Shown: positions 52,801-55,243, numbered from the stretch's first letter. The stretch is DNA of 64,000 nucleotides from Candidatus Marinacidobacterium sp. (GCA_965220965.1 OZ244852.1:1184001-1248000), one strand, 5' to 3'. Notes: a model not told the origin generated them from the letters alone. Program-made: numbers and translations.

Positions 52801-54018
52801 CTGGGCGAGGATCCGACCGGGTTCGGCGGCTTCGACCCGATCCGCGACACCTTCGAGATCGCCCCGCAGATGGAAGCGGGCGCAGGCGATTCCGGGATGC
52901 GCTGGGGGATCTGGGGCGCCGGAACCCAGAGCATGTTCCGCGGGGACGCCGGCGGGGGAACGTATGACGGGACCCTGCTCTCGCCGTTCGTCGGTCTCGA
53001 CATCGGTGGCGAGAACTGGCTCATCGGGCTCGCCGGATCCCGGCAGACGGGGTCCGCGGACTACGCCTTCGCCGGAGAGAGCTCCGGAAGCGGGTCCATG
53101 GATCTCGAACTGAGCGCGATCTACCCCTACGCCAAGGTCACCCCGGTCGACGGGACCGAGGTCTGGGCGGCCGGCGGCATCGGCCAGGGCGGTCTGGAGC
53201 TGACGCGCAGTCTGTCCGGAGAGTCGAGCGCGGATGTCGAACTGACGCTCGGCATGCTGGGCGTCCGGCAGCGGGTGCGCCAGACGGCAAGCGGCGCGGA
53301 GATCGCGGTCCGGGCCGACGTGGGGATGGCGCGACTGGAGGCGGACGGCGCCGAAGGCTTCGCGTCCTCCCTGACCGGGGACGTCCGACGGGGCCGGGTG
53401 GGCCTGGAAGGCTCGCTGCGGCGGTCGATCGGGAACATGGTGATGCGGCCCTTCGCGCAGGTTGCGGGCCGCTACGACACCGGCTCCTCGGTCGAGGGCG
53501 GCGGACTCGATCTCATGGGCGGCTTCGACCTCGAGTCGCCGGGCGGCCGCTTCCGGCTCCAGGCGATGGGGCGCGTGCTGCTGGCGCACGACTCCTCCTA
53601 CCGGGAGACCGGATTCGGGGGCATGATCGAGCTGCGCCCGGCGCGGGACTCCGGAGAAGGCCTCTCGATGCGGCTCATGCCGCAGTTCGGGGTGGTCCAG
53701 TCCGGACAGACCATGTGGAACGAGCAGACGCCGCAGTGGTACGGCACCCTGCCGACGGGGGCGACGCCGCAGTCCGAGATGCAGCGGACACACGCCCTGC
53801 TCGAGTACGGCATCCCGGTGCGCGGCACGGTGGTGACTCCGTTCGCCGAGGCCATGACGGATCCGATGTCGCAGCGGATGCGCTTCGGCCTGCGGCACCG
53901 CCCGCCGGGCATGCTCGAGCGCTTCATCAACGTGGAGCTCTTCGCCGAGCGGACCCGGCTCACCGGATCCGAGCCGGTCCAGCACCGGTTCTTCCTCCAG
54001 AGCCTGATCCGGTTCTGA
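19810..54018 (+). CDS. Giant (11,402 aa) repetitive surface protein/adhesin: FN3 and cadherin-like Ig repeats with a C-terminal autotransporter-like beta-domain
   Basis: Uninterrupted 34.2-kb ORF. N-terminal signal peptide, FN3 motifs (V.L.W..P...Y...Y...VTGLTNGT.Y.FEVRAVN), NQPPTV/F.DPDG cadherin-like repeats, amphipathic beta-strand C-terminus ending in Phe. Confidence 0.92.
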   Translation: MSPRLHSPGRFARAARAGWIALLPLLAPAIAPAIPSGLDGSAATAVAAQTLVAPDAPGSFTATAGDTEVSLTWTAPTNTTVDSFQIRHKLTSAASFGSWNSVGGGGTTTSHTVTGLLNGMGYTFEVRAVNSAHNGLAALAMATPQLPAPDPPGDFHVYRGNARAWMDWEAPTNTSEINRFEVRYRTAESWPTPAGPFTNWEEVFGGGAANNHEITGLTNGVYYEVELRAVNDTGNSAAVRAYVTPIAGGQRTTRPDITALTPGNQQLTLSWSWTDDTGGLCVAGPGEIFGWEIEYRKTGLAWQPTWLEMTNTADAGVFSIYGMASLRTFVLGPSSSGQYAHEIGVALDPVEYQVRMAAVASACEDLPNFNNSAHSATWSTTLAAAPDAPTGLTATAGDTTVSLSWAPPTNVTNITRFELRYGAAGNLGNWSTVSGGGAANSEIVTGLTNGTLYTFEVRAVNPAGEGPAATTTATPTPPPPDAPGLSATPGDTKVTLNWTAPTNTTDIDKYQFQYRTSPSGAWVTWADVAGGGTASSQEVTGLTNGTAYDFEVRAVNAGGNGAAAQVTATPNPPIPEAPGLSATPDDTKVTLNWTAPTNTTNIDKYQFQYRTSPSGAWVTWADVAGGGTASSQEVTGLTNGTAYDFEVRAVNAGGNGAAAQVTATPNPPLPEAPGLSATPDDTKVTLNWTAPTNTTNIDKYQFQYRTSPSGAWVTWADVAGGGTASSQEVTGLTNGTAYDFEVRAVNSGGNGAAAQVTATPNPPLPEAPGLTATPDDTKVTLNWTAPTNTTNIDKYQFQYRTSPSGAWVTWADVAGGGTASSQEVTGLTNGTAYDFEVRAVNSGGNGAAAQVTATPNPPLPEAPGLTATPDDTKVTLNWTAPTNTTNIDKYQFQYRTSPSGAWITWADVAGGGTASTQEVTGLTNGTAYDFEVRAVNSGGNGAAAQVTATPNPPAPEAPGLTATPDDTKVTLNWTAPTNTTNIDKYQFQYRTSPSGAWVTWADVAGGGTASTQEVTGLTNGTAYDFEVRAVNAGGNGAAAQVTATPNPPLPEAPGLSATPDDTKVTLNWTAPTNTTNIDKYQFQYRTSPSGAWVTWADVAGGGTASTQEVTGLTNGTAYDFEVRAVNSGGNGAAAQVTATPNPPLPEAPGLSATPGDTKVTLNWTAPTNTTNIDKYQFQYRTSPSGAWITWADVAGGGTASTQEVTGLTNGTAYDFEVRAVNAGGNGAAAQVTATPNPPAPEAPGLTATPDDTKVTLNWTAPTNTTNIDKYQFQYRTSPSGAWVTWADVAGGGTASSQEVTGLTNGTAYDFEVRAVNSGGNGAAAQVTATPNPPLPEAPGLTATPDDTKVTLNWTAPTNTTNIDKYQFQYRTSPSGAWVTWADVAGGGTASSQEVTGLTNGTAYDFEVRAVNAGGNGAAAQVTATPNPPLPEAPGLSATPDDTKVTLNWTAPTNTTNIDKYQFQYRTSPSGAWVTWADVAGGGTASSQEVTGLTNGTAYDFEVRAVNAGGNGAAAQVTATPNPPLPEAPGLTATPGDTKVTLNWTAPTNTTNIDKYQFQYRTSPSGAWVTWADVAGGGTASSQEVTGLTNGTAYDFEVRAVNSGGNGAAAQVTATPNPPAPDAPSSFIATAGDAEVALSWTAPTNATITGFEVRHRATTGGSFGNWDPAGGATATSHTVTGLANGTDYTFELRAVNAGVEGLAATATATPLLPAPRFFYATGGDTLVVLNWGAPVTTSPITGYEYRYRKSSATIEGTWTTVPGGASVSTELVRGLENDTEYTFDLRAVNGAFATDRTEPGLATPAPPDNFTATPGDSAVGLSWAIPPANISQITGYQVRHKVTNGGSFVPWDLVFGGANARNTTITGLTNGTNYTFEVRAQNPVEDGLPATTTATPTLGGNQAPTVVGTGIDDQTVAAGATKAVTLAGAFNDPDGDNNDLTYSAVSGDPTKATVSVNGTSLTITGVAMGTATVTVTATDTGGLSATDSFTVTVSGTNQAPTVANPIADQALVAGTTRSVGLISVFSDPEGQPLTFAASSDDPALATVSVSGTTLTINAVAAGTPMVTVTATDPGGLSATDTFTVTVSGTNQAPTVVGSGIADQTVTVGASSDVLLAGVFSDPEGQPMTLTAVSGDTAKATVSVSGTTLTISGLTVGTATVTVTATDPGGLFVTDSFTVTVSPANQPPTVVGTGIDDQTVAAGGTTDVTLAGAFNDPDGDNNDLTYSAVSDDPTKATVSVSGTTLTINGVAMGSAMVTVTATDPGGLSITDTFTVTVSGTNQPPTVVGTGIDDQTVAAGATTAVTLAGAFNDPDGDNNKLTYSAVSGATAQATVSVTGTTLTIAGVAMGTAVVTVTATDPGNLSATDTFTVTVSGTNQPPTVVTGIADQTVTERTSVDVDLAGVFSDPESQALTFAATSNATTTATASVSGTTLTISGLTVGTAMVTVTATDPGGQSITDSLTVTVAAVLPGPPIITNVLGADWSVRMSWDNPTNTSEITSAQFRWRETSSMNWPNWGAKFVPLPSGNSALIPLPNGISHTIQLRVSNSAGDGPPATFSGTPVNSPPVVDNPIPDQTVTVGGMTDVALDGVFGDPSGLPVTLAAVSGDPSKATVSLTKTTLPLRGGDAKLRITGVAVGTATVAVTATDTDGAPVTDSFTVTVEGAPEAPGSLSATPDDTKVTLNWTAPTNATIIDKYQFQYRTSPSGAWITWADVAGGGTASSQEVTGLTNGTAYDFEVRAVNAAGNGTAAQVTATPNPPLPEAPGLTATPDDTKVTLNWTAPTNTTNIDKYQFQYRTSPSGAWITWADVAGGGTASSQEVTGLTNGTAYDFEVRAVNAGGNGAAAQVTATPNPPLPEAPGLSATPDDTKVTLNWTAPTNTTNIDKYQFQYRTSPSGAWVTWADVAGGGTASTQEVTGLTNGTAYDFEVRAVNAGGNGAAAQVTATPNPPLPEAPGLTATPDDTKVTLNWTAPTNTTNIDKYQFQYRTSPSGAWVTWADVVGDGTASSQEVTGLTNGTAYDFEVRAVNAGGNGAAAQVTATPNPPIPEAPGLTATPDDTKVTLNWTAPTNTTNIDKYQFQYRTSPSGAWVTWADVVGGGTASSQEVTGLTNGTAYDFEVRAVNAGGNGAAAQVTATPNPPLPEAPGLSATPDDTKVTLNWTAPTNTTNIDKYQFQYRTSPSGAWVTWADVAGGGTASSQEVTGLTNGTAYDFEVRAVNSGGNGAAAQVTATPNPPLPEAPGLTATPDDTKVTLNWTAPTNTTNIDRYQFQYRTSPSGAWVTWADVAGGGTASTQEVTGLTNGTAYDFEVRAVNAGGNGAAAQVTATPNPPLPEAPGLSATPDDTKVTLNWTAPTNTTNIDKYQFQYRTSPSGAWITWADVAGGGTASSQEVTGLTNGTAYDFEVRAVNAAGNGVAAQVTATPNPPLPEAPGLTATPDDTKVTLNWTAPTNTTNIDKYQFQYRTSPSGAWVTWADVAGGGTASTQEVTGLTNGTAYDFEVRAVNSGGNGAAAQVTATPNPPLPEAPGLSATPDDTKVTLNWTAPTNTTNIDKYQFQYRTSPSGAWVTWADVAGGGTASSQEVTGLTNGTAYDFEVRAVNAGGNGAAAQVTATPNPPLPEAPGLSATPDDTKVTLNWTAPTNTTNIDKYQFQYRTSPSGAWITWADVAGGGMASTQEVTGLTNGTAYDFEVRAVNAGGNGAAAQVTATPNPPLPEAPGLSATPDDTKVTLNWTAPTNTTNIDKYQFQYRTSPSGAWVTWADVAGGGTASSQEVTGLTNGTAYDFEVRAVNSGGNGAAAQVTATPNPPLPEAPGLTATPDDTKVTLNWTAPTNTTNIDKYQFQYRTSPSGAWVTWADVAGGGTASSQEVTGLTNGTAYDFEVRAVNSGGNGAAAQVTATPNPPLPEAPGLTATPDDTKVTLNWTAPTNTTNIDKYQFQYRTSPSGAWITWADVAGGGTASTQEVTGLTNGTAYDFEVRAVNSGGNGAAAQVTATPNPPAPEAPGLTATPDDTKVTLNWTAPTNTTNIDKYQFQYRTSPSGAWVTWADVAGGGTASSQEVTGLTNGTAYDFEVRAVNAGGNGAAAQVTATPNPPLPEAPGLTATPDDTKVTLNWTAPTNTTNIDKYQFQYRTSPSGAWVTWADVAGGGTASSQEVTGLTNGTAYDFEVRAVNAGGNGAAAQVTATPNPPLPEAPGLTATPDDTKVTLNWTAPTNTTNIDKYQFQYRTSPSGAWVTWADVAGGGTASSQEVTGLTNGTAYDFEVRAVNAGGNGAAAQVTATPNPPLPEAPGLTATPDDTKVTLNWTAPTNTTNIDKYQFQYRTSPSGAWVTWADVAGGGTASSQEVTGLTNGTAYDFEVRAVNAGGNGAAAQVTATPNPPLPEAPGLSATPDDTKVTLNWTAPTNTTNIDKYQFQYRTSPSGAWVTWADVAGGGTASTQEVTGLTNGTAYDFEVRAVNSGGNGAAAQVTATPNPPLPEAPGLSATPGDTKVTLNWTAPTNTTNIDKYQFQYRTSPSGAWITWADVAGGGTASTQEVTGLTNGTAYDFEVRAVNAGGNGAAAQVTATPNPPLPEAPGLSATPDDTKVTLNWTAPTNTTNIDKYQFQYRTSPSGAWVTWADVAGGGTASSQEVTGLTNGTAYDFEVRAVNAGGNGAAAQVTATPNPPLPEAPGLTATPDDTKVTLNWTAPTNTTNIDKYQFQYRTSPSGAWVTWADVAGGGTASSQEVTGLTNGTAYDFEVRAVNAGGNGAAAQVTATPNPPLPEAPGLTATPDDTKVTLNWTAPTNTTNIDKYQFQYRTSPSGAWVTWADVAGGGTASTQEVTGLTNGTAYDFEVRAVNAGGNGAAAQVTATPNPPLPEAPGLSATPDDTKVTLNWTAPTNTTNIDKYQFQYRTSPSGAWVTWADVAGGGTASTQEVTGLTNGTAYDFEVRAVNSGGNGAAAQVTATPNPPLPEAPGLSATPDDTKVTLNWTAPTNTTNIDKYQFQYRTSPSGAWVTWADVAGGGTASSQEVTGLTNGTAYDFEVRAVNAGGNGAAAQVTATPNPPLPEAPGLTATPDDTKVTLNWTAPTNTTNIDKYQFQYRTSPSGAWVTWADVAGGGTASSQEVTGLTNGTAYDFEVRAVNAGGNGAAAQVTATPNPPLPEAPGLTATPDDTKVTLNWTAPTNTTNIDKYQFQYRTSPSGAWVTWADVAGGGTASSQEVTGLTNGTAYDFEVRAVNSGGNGAAAQVTATPNPPLPEAPGLSATPDDTKVTLNWTAPTNTTNIDKYQFQYRTSPSGAWVTWADVAGGGTASSQEVTGLTNGTAYDFEVRAVNAGGNGAAAQVTATPNPPLPEAPGLSATPDDTKVTLNWTAPTNTTNIDKYQFQYRTSPSGAWVTWADVAGGGTASSQEVTGLTNGTAYDFEVRAVNAGGNGAAAQVTATPNPPLPEAPGLTATPDDTRVTLNWTAPTNTTNIDKYQFQYRTSPSGAWVTWADVAGGGTASSQEVTGLTNGTAYDFEVRAVNSGGNGAAAQVTATPNPPLPEAPDLTATPGDTKVTLNWTAPTNTTNIDKYQFQYRTSPSGAWVTWADVAGGGTASSQEVTGLTNGTAYDFEVRAVNSGGNGAAAQVTATPMLANQPPTVVGTGIDDQTVDEGGATTVVELAGAFSDPEGQPLTFTAVSSDTALATVAVTGSTLTITGVALGTATVTVTAADPENLSVTDDFTVTVEAVLPEAPGDFEATHGDTRVTLSWTAPTNTSQILYYEMRYGIWEPFEPGAWTRVPGDGGATGLEVTGLSNRYRYRFEVRAVNDAGRGPVASKTAHPLPLLPDAPTGFTADAGDAQVVLNWTVPTNTTEIDWMEVRYGKTSEGLDGRGWVILPGKPTKTTYTATGLENGEEYTFHVRAKNYIGWGPHASTTATPVLSAPDAPTGFTATPGDTEVSLSWTPPTNTSEIDDFQIRYRETSDTTTEGPWTTLAANVTSYTVIGLTNGTEYTFDVRARNTEGDSAPATTTGIPALNAPDAPGSFEAAPGDTKVTLSWTIPTNTSEIDSFRVRYRENAAPPNSGTWTTVDGAATSYEVPGLANWTFYRFEIQAVNTAGNSPIAWKTATPAAPTPDAPENLEARPGDTVVVLTWSAPANTNEPLIYTYRYKQSSAAQFGSWFPVGGVNPTERHVDGLTNGIEYTFEVRGSHFGGDGAAASVTATPTLALPPAPADLRATPGDTQVTLNWARTNASTEVDNFEVRHRGTGGWTAWTTVPGGEDARSTTITGLTNGVRYFFEVRSVNSRGNSAANTASAIPIPPLPDAPGSLTATAGDSSVSLSWTTPANTSSIDKYQVQHRTSPNGAWTTWTDVDGGGTASSHTVAGLTNGVPYDFAVRAVNSEGEGPAAEVPATPMNQPPTLDNPIADQSVTVGETTDVELANVFSDPGGQTLTLTALSRDTARATVVVNGTTLEITGVAVGTPTVTVTADDGEGGSVTDTFTVTVSPVIPAAPGLTATPDDTKVTLNWTAPTNTTNIDKYQFQYRTSPSGAWVTWADVAGGGTASSQEVTGLTNGTAYDFEVRAVNAGGNGAAAQVTATPNPPLPEAPGLSATPDDTKVTLNWTAPTNTTNIDKYQFQYRTSPSGAWVTWADVAGGGTASSQEVTGLTNGTAYDFEVRAVNAGGNGAAAQVTATPNPPLPEAPGLSATPDDTKVTLNWTAPTNTTNIDKYQFQYRTSPSGAWVTWADVAGGGTASSQEVTGLTNGTAYDFEVRAVNAGGNGAAAQVTATPNPPLPEAPGLTATPDDTKVTLNWTAPTNTTNIDKYQFQYRTSPSGAWVTWADVAGGGTASSQEVTGLTNGTAYDFEVRAVNAAGNGTAAQVTATPNPPLPEAPGLSATPDDTKVTLNWTAPTNTTNIDKYQFQYRTSPSGAWITWADVAGGGTASSQEVTGLTNGTAYDFEVRAVNAGGNGAAAQVTATPNPPLPEAPGLTATPDDTKVTLNWTAPTNTTNIDKYQFQYRTSPSGAWITWADVAGGGTASSQEVTGLTNGTAYDFEVRAVNAGGNGAAAQVTATPNPPLPEAPGLTATPDDTKVTLNWTAPTNTTNIDKYQFQYRTSPSGAWVTWADVAGGGTASTQEVTGLTNGTAYDFEVRAVNSGGNGAAAQVTATPNPPLPEAPGLSATPDDTKVTLNWTAPTNTTNIDKYQFQYRTSPSGAWVTWADVAGGGTASSQEVTGLTNGTAYDFEVRAVNAGGNGAAAQVTATPNPPLPEAPGLSATPDDTKVTLNWTAPTNTTNIDKYQFQYRTSPSGAWITWADVAGGGMASTQEVTGLTNGTAYDFEVRAVNAGGNGAAAQVTATPNPPLPEAPGLSATPDDTKVTLNWTAPTNTTNIDKYQFQYRTSPSGAWVTWADVAGGGTASSQEVTGLTNGTAYDFEVRAVNSGGNGAAAQVTATPNPPLPEAPGLSATPDDTKVTLNWTAPTNTTNIDKYQFQYRTSPSGAWVTWADVAGGGTASSQEVTGLTNGTAYDFEVRAVNSGGNGAAAQVTATPNPPLPEAPGLSATPDDTKVTLNWTAPTNTTNIDKYQFQYRTSPSGAWVTWADVAGGGTASSQEVTGLTNGTAYDFEVRAVNAGGNGTAAQVTATPNPPLPEAPGLTATPDDTKVTLNWTAPTNTTNIDKYQFQYRTSPSGAWVTWADVAGGGTASSQEVTGLTNGTAYDFEVRAVNAGGNGAAAQVTATPNPPLPEAPGLTATPGDTKVTLNWTAPTNTTNIDKYQFQYRTSPSGAWVTWADVAGGGTASSQEVTGLTNGTAYDFEVRAVNAGGNGAAAQVTATPALAVPGQPQNLTAAAGNAQVTLNWNAPTNTTEILRYEVRWRETRANTWANWTNVIGATTTTITGLNNGIEHIFQVRAVNSEGTGPHNSVTATPTLTKPEAPGGLTATAGDTEVTLTWTAPTNTNEIDGYEVRYREGAGTFEEWATVNGGASARTTTVTGLTNGIVHTFEVRAVNEIHDGDVASTTETPTLPKPDAPGNFNAAPGDTVVTLTWTAPTNASSITDFQVRHRQTSVTADGPWTILDATQTSFTVTGLTNGINYTFDIQARNASGESPVATDNATPALSRPDAPDLTATAGNATVTLRWTPPTNTTEITGYQVRYGPNGAFGTWADVNGGASARTTTIAPLTNDTTYTFEVRAVNTAGNGDAASVTARPRGPKQTTAPTNLQVTAASQRLNTTWNWSDDTGGVCVEGSTRDEYFRWELAYKKSSVTQWITGNDQTTNTADAGIFTLDGMSLRSFVINAMSQGVFTWETGVALDPVPYDVRLSAYAHSCATATDTPWSDWITVLGVPPVGSPTVQNPLADQALFVGDTTDLSLAGVFSDPAGQTLSLAATSDDPDTVRVSLTGTTLTVSGVAEGEATVTVRATDTDGLWAEDEFTVTVSTGLPDAPTGLAATPGDTTVTLNWTATTDATVTGFEVRYRETFGGSFRDWVPLIGANVTTYEFTGLQNRRDYTFEVSAVNARGRGPAASIRAIPVLPAPEAPTGFTATGGDAQVALSWTAPTNTSEIDRFEIRYRTASGTFGEWSTVDGDETSETVTGLTNGTAYTFELRAANDSGESPAVSATATPNLVAPEAPGNFTATAGVTRVSLSWTAPTNTSEIDRYDIRYRAGSGAFVPWIDVGTVTRREISGLINGTVYTFELRAVNTAGNSPTVSTTATPRGAKQTTAPTNLQVTAASQQLNVTWNWSDDTGGACVEGSGRTEYFQWELAYRKSSGTQWVTSAAQTPNTADAGIFTLQGMSRRNFEINTSSSGILPGETGVALDAVPYDVRLIAYAELCATPPDTPWSEWITVYGIPPVGSPTVENPIDDQTLAVGITTNVELAGVFSDPEGQTLNFGAVSSDIAKASVSLSGTTTLTVTGVAVGEATVTVTATDTGNLSVDDAFTVTVVSGAPTLDAAAGDTKVSLTWTPPANTTGISKYQYRYRKTAEATWTAWEDVNGGASAASQEVTGLDNGDEYTFEVRAVINGQNGLAASAPATPTLPTPAAPGSFAAGAGDTVVELSWTAPTNASSITDFQVRYWKTSETAQDNWATVTGGADATTTTITGLTNGTPYTFQVRARNSAGDGDPATATATPALAVPGAPTLTASAGDATVSLTWIAPANTTEIDSYEVRYQAGSGAFGPWDDVGTATSREVTGLTNGTEYTFEVRARNTTGPGASASAKATPTLATPAAPGNFNAAAGYAQVALSWTAPTNTSSITDFQVRYWKTSETAEDNWTTVNGGADATTRTVTGLENGTEYTFEVRARNTTGPGPAASARATPMNRPPVVDKEIDDQSVTEGESTEVSLDGVFSDPDPQTLSLSARSGDIGKATVAINGTTLTISGVAVGTPTVTVTATDPDGLSVDESFTVTVLPVLPDKPEPFTATPGDGNIRLEWTTPTNTTVTGFQVRLRRTGAPNWGPWSDQGLHTVLHVLELENGMGYDFQVRARNANGWGPPADANATPKDEPPIVANPIPDQTVVAGGTTDVALNRVFNDGGRDMTLTATSEDTTKVTVSLVEPTLTLFGIEATTGTVTVTVTARDSSDQTVSTEFEVTVTGVNQPPTVPNPIPDQTVTVGETATVSLDGVFNDPEGQTDRLTFAAVSADTTKATVTLSGTTLTISGVALGTSTVTVTATDPGGKSATDAFTVTVSPVNQPPTVVNQIPDQAVTVGATTTVSIDGVFDDPDGENANLSYSVESSDDALATVTLSGTDLTIRGVAVGTPTVTVTAEDSAGDSVTDTFTVTVSPANQPPTVVNQIPDQAVTVGATTTVSIDGVFDDPDGENANLSYSVESSDDALATVTLSGTDLTIRGVAVGTPTVTVTAEDSAGDSVTDTFTVTVSPANQPPTVVNQIPDQAVTPCRSVESSDDALATVTLSGTDLTIRGVAVGTPTVTVTAEDSAGDSVTDTFTVTVSPANQPPTVVNQIPDQAVTVGATTTVSIDGVFDDPDGENANLSYSVESSDDALATVTLSGTDLTIRGVAVGTPTVTVTAEDSAGDSVTDTFTVTVSPANQPPTVVNQIPDQAVTVGATTTVSIDGVFDDPDGENANLSYSVESSDDALATVTLSGTDLTIRGVAVGTPTVTVTAEDSAGDSVTDTFTATVSPANQPPTVDNEIPDQAVTVGATTTVSIDGVFDDPDGENANLSYSVESSDDALATVTLSGTDLTIRGVAVGTPTVTVTAEDSAGDSVTDTFTVTVSPANQPPTVDNEIPDQAVTVGATTTVSIDGVFDDPDGENANLSYSVESSDDALATVTLSGTDLTIRGVAVGTPTVTVTADDGEGGSVTDTFTVTVSPPNQPPTVDNEIPDQAVTVGATTTVSIDGVFDDPDGDNANLSYSVASSDDALATVTLNGTDLTIRGVAVGTPTVTVTAEDSAGDSVTDTFTVTVSPTSGPAGPNFQATIPNQTYTLNTAIAPLQLPAATGGVAPLTYSLNPTPPAGLSLDGQRRLTGTPTTPQAAIPYTWTATDADGATATLTFTMTVNVTTSPTGPSFTTTVPNQTYTQSAPIAPLQLPAATGGVAPLTYSLTPTPPPGLSINTGERRLTGTPTTPQGPITYTWAATDGAGDAAALTFTIGINAPTIPGGGGGGGGGTPGGDTPAPGTASIEGVRIVSSPPSGVWYGIGDQIVIGVTFSESVTVSGGQPSIGIQVGSRVRRAVYTGGSGGSELRFAWTVEAGLEDENGVSVTAGSLAGATLTSNGNDVPQDNPSLGDQAGHRVDGIAPSVEGFEFASRPSTTEGYRAGERIELDARFSEGVSVGGAPALLIDVGGVYREAGLLLSSAQTVRFGYVVSTTDWDENGVAIPANALQASSGAITDRAGNAPGASPARAADPAHRVRGLSPPALLNPLADLTLVAGAAAVDLDLGPVFGRADSYQAASSRPDVAEVSVTGATLTVRPLSEGSAEVVVAARNLAGTTEDRFTVTVTSDPAEVAAANAALGGFARGMLAGVSETLGRRLEQGPGASRLYLSGLQQTMGAEAGLSQLEERGGYGVRSLFLGREALGEDPTGFGGFDPIRDTFEIAPQMEAGAGDSGMRWGIWGAGTQSMFRGDAGGGTYDGTLLSPFVGLDIGGENWLIGLAGSRQTGSADYAFAGESSGSGSMDLELSAIYPYAKVTPVDGTEVWAAGGIGQGGLELTRSLSGESSADVELTLGMLGVRQRVRQTASGAEIAVRADVGMARLEADGAEGFASSLTGDVRRGRVGLEGSLRRSIGNMVMRPFAQVAGRYDTGSSVEGGGLDLMGGFDLESPGGRFRLQAMGRVLLAHDSSYRETGFGGMIELRPARDSGEGLSMRLMPQFGVVQSGQTMWNEQTPQWYGTLPTGATPQSEMQRTHALLEYGIPVRGTVVTPFAEAMTDPMSQRMRFGLRHRPPGMLERFINVELFAERTRLTGSEPVQHRFFLQSLIRF
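21250..24669 (+). repeat. FN3 repeat block A: 12 near-identical 285-bp units
   Basis: Exact 285-bp period (95 aa); differences limited to a few recurring sites. Confidence 0.95.
25507..27210 (+). repeat. Six diverged cadherin-like/Ig repeats
   Basis: Repeated NQ(A/P)PTV...F(N/S)DP(D/E)G...TDSFTVTV units. Confidence 0.85.
27802..36625 (+). repeat. FN3 repeat block B: 31 near-identical 285-bp units
   Basis: Same unit as block A; first unit 288 bp, then starts at 28090+285n up to 36355. Confidence 0.95.
39202..43180 (+). repeat. FN3 repeat block C: 14 near-identical 285-bp units
   Basis: Same unit; starts at 39202+285n up to 42907. Confidence 0.95.
48754..50960 (+). repeat. Cadherin-like repeat block D: 8 near-identical units (285 bp; third unit 219 bp)
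   Basis: Units start at 48754, 49039, 49324, 49543, 49828, 50113, 50398 and 50683. Confidence 0.92.
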
Positions 54019-54089
54019 CCCGCGACGATCCCGCCGTGGCAGTCCGTCACCCGGGGGGCCTCCCGGCGTTCCCGCGGCCCGCTGATTTC

Positions 54090-54118
54090 TTGACCGTACC
54101 GAGGGGTGCGACTAGACT
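54090..54118 (+). promoter_or_regulatory. Sigma70-type promoter of rplM-rpsI
   Basis: TTGACC-N17-TAGACT. Confidence 0.7.
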
Positions 54119-54261
54119 CCCGGCTTCGGGTGGCGCCGCGGTTTCGCGGGTTCCGACGCCGAAGTTCGGAACTCCCCGGACCCCGGTCCGCCCGGCTTTT
54201 TTTATCGTCGCGCCACGTTCTTCCTGACCCCTTCCAACCCGACCGCTCCGAACCGACTCTC

Positions 54262-54720
54262 TTGTCCCGATCCGCAGGCACCACGTTCCTCCGGGCCGCC
54301 GAAGTTCGTCGGCGGTGGTTCCTGGCGGACGCCGGCGACGAGGTGCTCGGACGGCTGGCGACCCGGGTGGCGCGCGTCCTCACCGGAAAGCACAAGCCCT
54401 CCTGGACGCCGTTCCTCGACTGCGGCGACCACGTCATCGTGGTGAACGCGTCGCGGGTCCGTCTGACCGGCAGGAAGGAAGAGCAGAAGCTTTACCACCG
54501 GACGAGCGGGCGCCCCGGCGGGCTCAAGTCGCGGACCGCGGCCCAGGTGCGCAGCGCCCATCCCGAGCGCCTCATCGAGAGCGCGGTGCGCGGCATGCTC
54601 CCGAAGGGGAAGCTGGGCCGCGCGCAGTTCGGCAAGCTCAAGGTCTACTCCGGGACCGAGCACCCGCACGCGGCGCAGCAGCCGGAGCCGCTGCCTCCGG
54701 TCAACGTGGAGAGGGCCTGA
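54262..54720 (+). CDS. rplM: 50S ribosomal protein L13
   Basis: [38 protein letters not shown]. Start uncertain; TTG 54262 gives a typical length. Confidence 0.95.
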   Translation: MSRSAGTTFLRAAEVRRRWFLADAGDEVLGRLATRVARVLTGKHKPSWTPFLDCGDHVIVVNASRVRLTGRKEEQKLYHRTSGRPGGLKSRTAAQVRSAHPERLIESAVRGMLPKGKLGRAQFGKLKVYSGTEHPHAAQQPEPLPPVNVERA

Positions 54721-55112
54721 TGCCGGCTCCCCTGGCCTACGGCACCGGCAAGCGCAAGTGCTCCATCGCCCGGGTCTACCTCCGCACCGGAACCGGCGAG
54801 ATCCTGGTGAACCACCGGAAGCTCGCGGACTACTTTCCCCGGGACACCTACCAGAACTGGGTGACGCAGCCCCTGCTCGCAACCGACCAGGGGAAGGCGG
54901 TCGATGTGGACGCCCGGGTGAAGGGCGGCGGGCTCTCCGGCCAGGCCGCGGCGGTCCGTCTCGGAATCGCCCGCGCGCTCAGCGAGAACGACGCCCGCCT
55001 CCGCCCGGAGCTGAAGCGGCGCGGATTCCTGACCCGGGACGCCCGGCGCAAGGAACGCAAGAAGTACGGGCAGCCCGGCGCCCGCAAGCGGTTCCAGTAC
55101 TCGAAGCGCTGA
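54720..55112 (+). CDS. rpsI: 30S ribosomal protein S9
   Basis: YGTGKRK, GGGLSGQA, LTRDARRKERKKYG...ARKRFQYSKR; ATG overlaps the rplM stop. Confidence 0.97.
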   Translation: MPAPLAYGTGKRKCSIARVYLRTGTGEILVNHRKLADYFPRDTYQNWVTQPLLATDQGKAVDVDARVKGGGLSGQAAAVRLGIARALSENDARLRPELKRRGFLTRDARRKERKKYGQPGARKRFQYSKR

Positions 55113-55243
55113 GCGCGGTTCTTCGTCGGATGGCATCTCCCGGGGGCATGCGGCCCCACCGAGTCCCCTTCCCGGGGCCCGGATCGCTCCGACGGACCTT
55201 CTCGCCTACGGCGAGCCGCGGCTGAGAGAAGGCGGTCTTTCCC

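Noticed and set aside
20905-53985. Very long alternative-frame and antisense ORFs (up to 3632 aa) and dozens of 71-92 aa antisense ORFs
   Set aside because: Shadows of the GC-rich repetitive giant gene; Arg/Gly-rich low-complexity translations repeating with the same 285-bp period.
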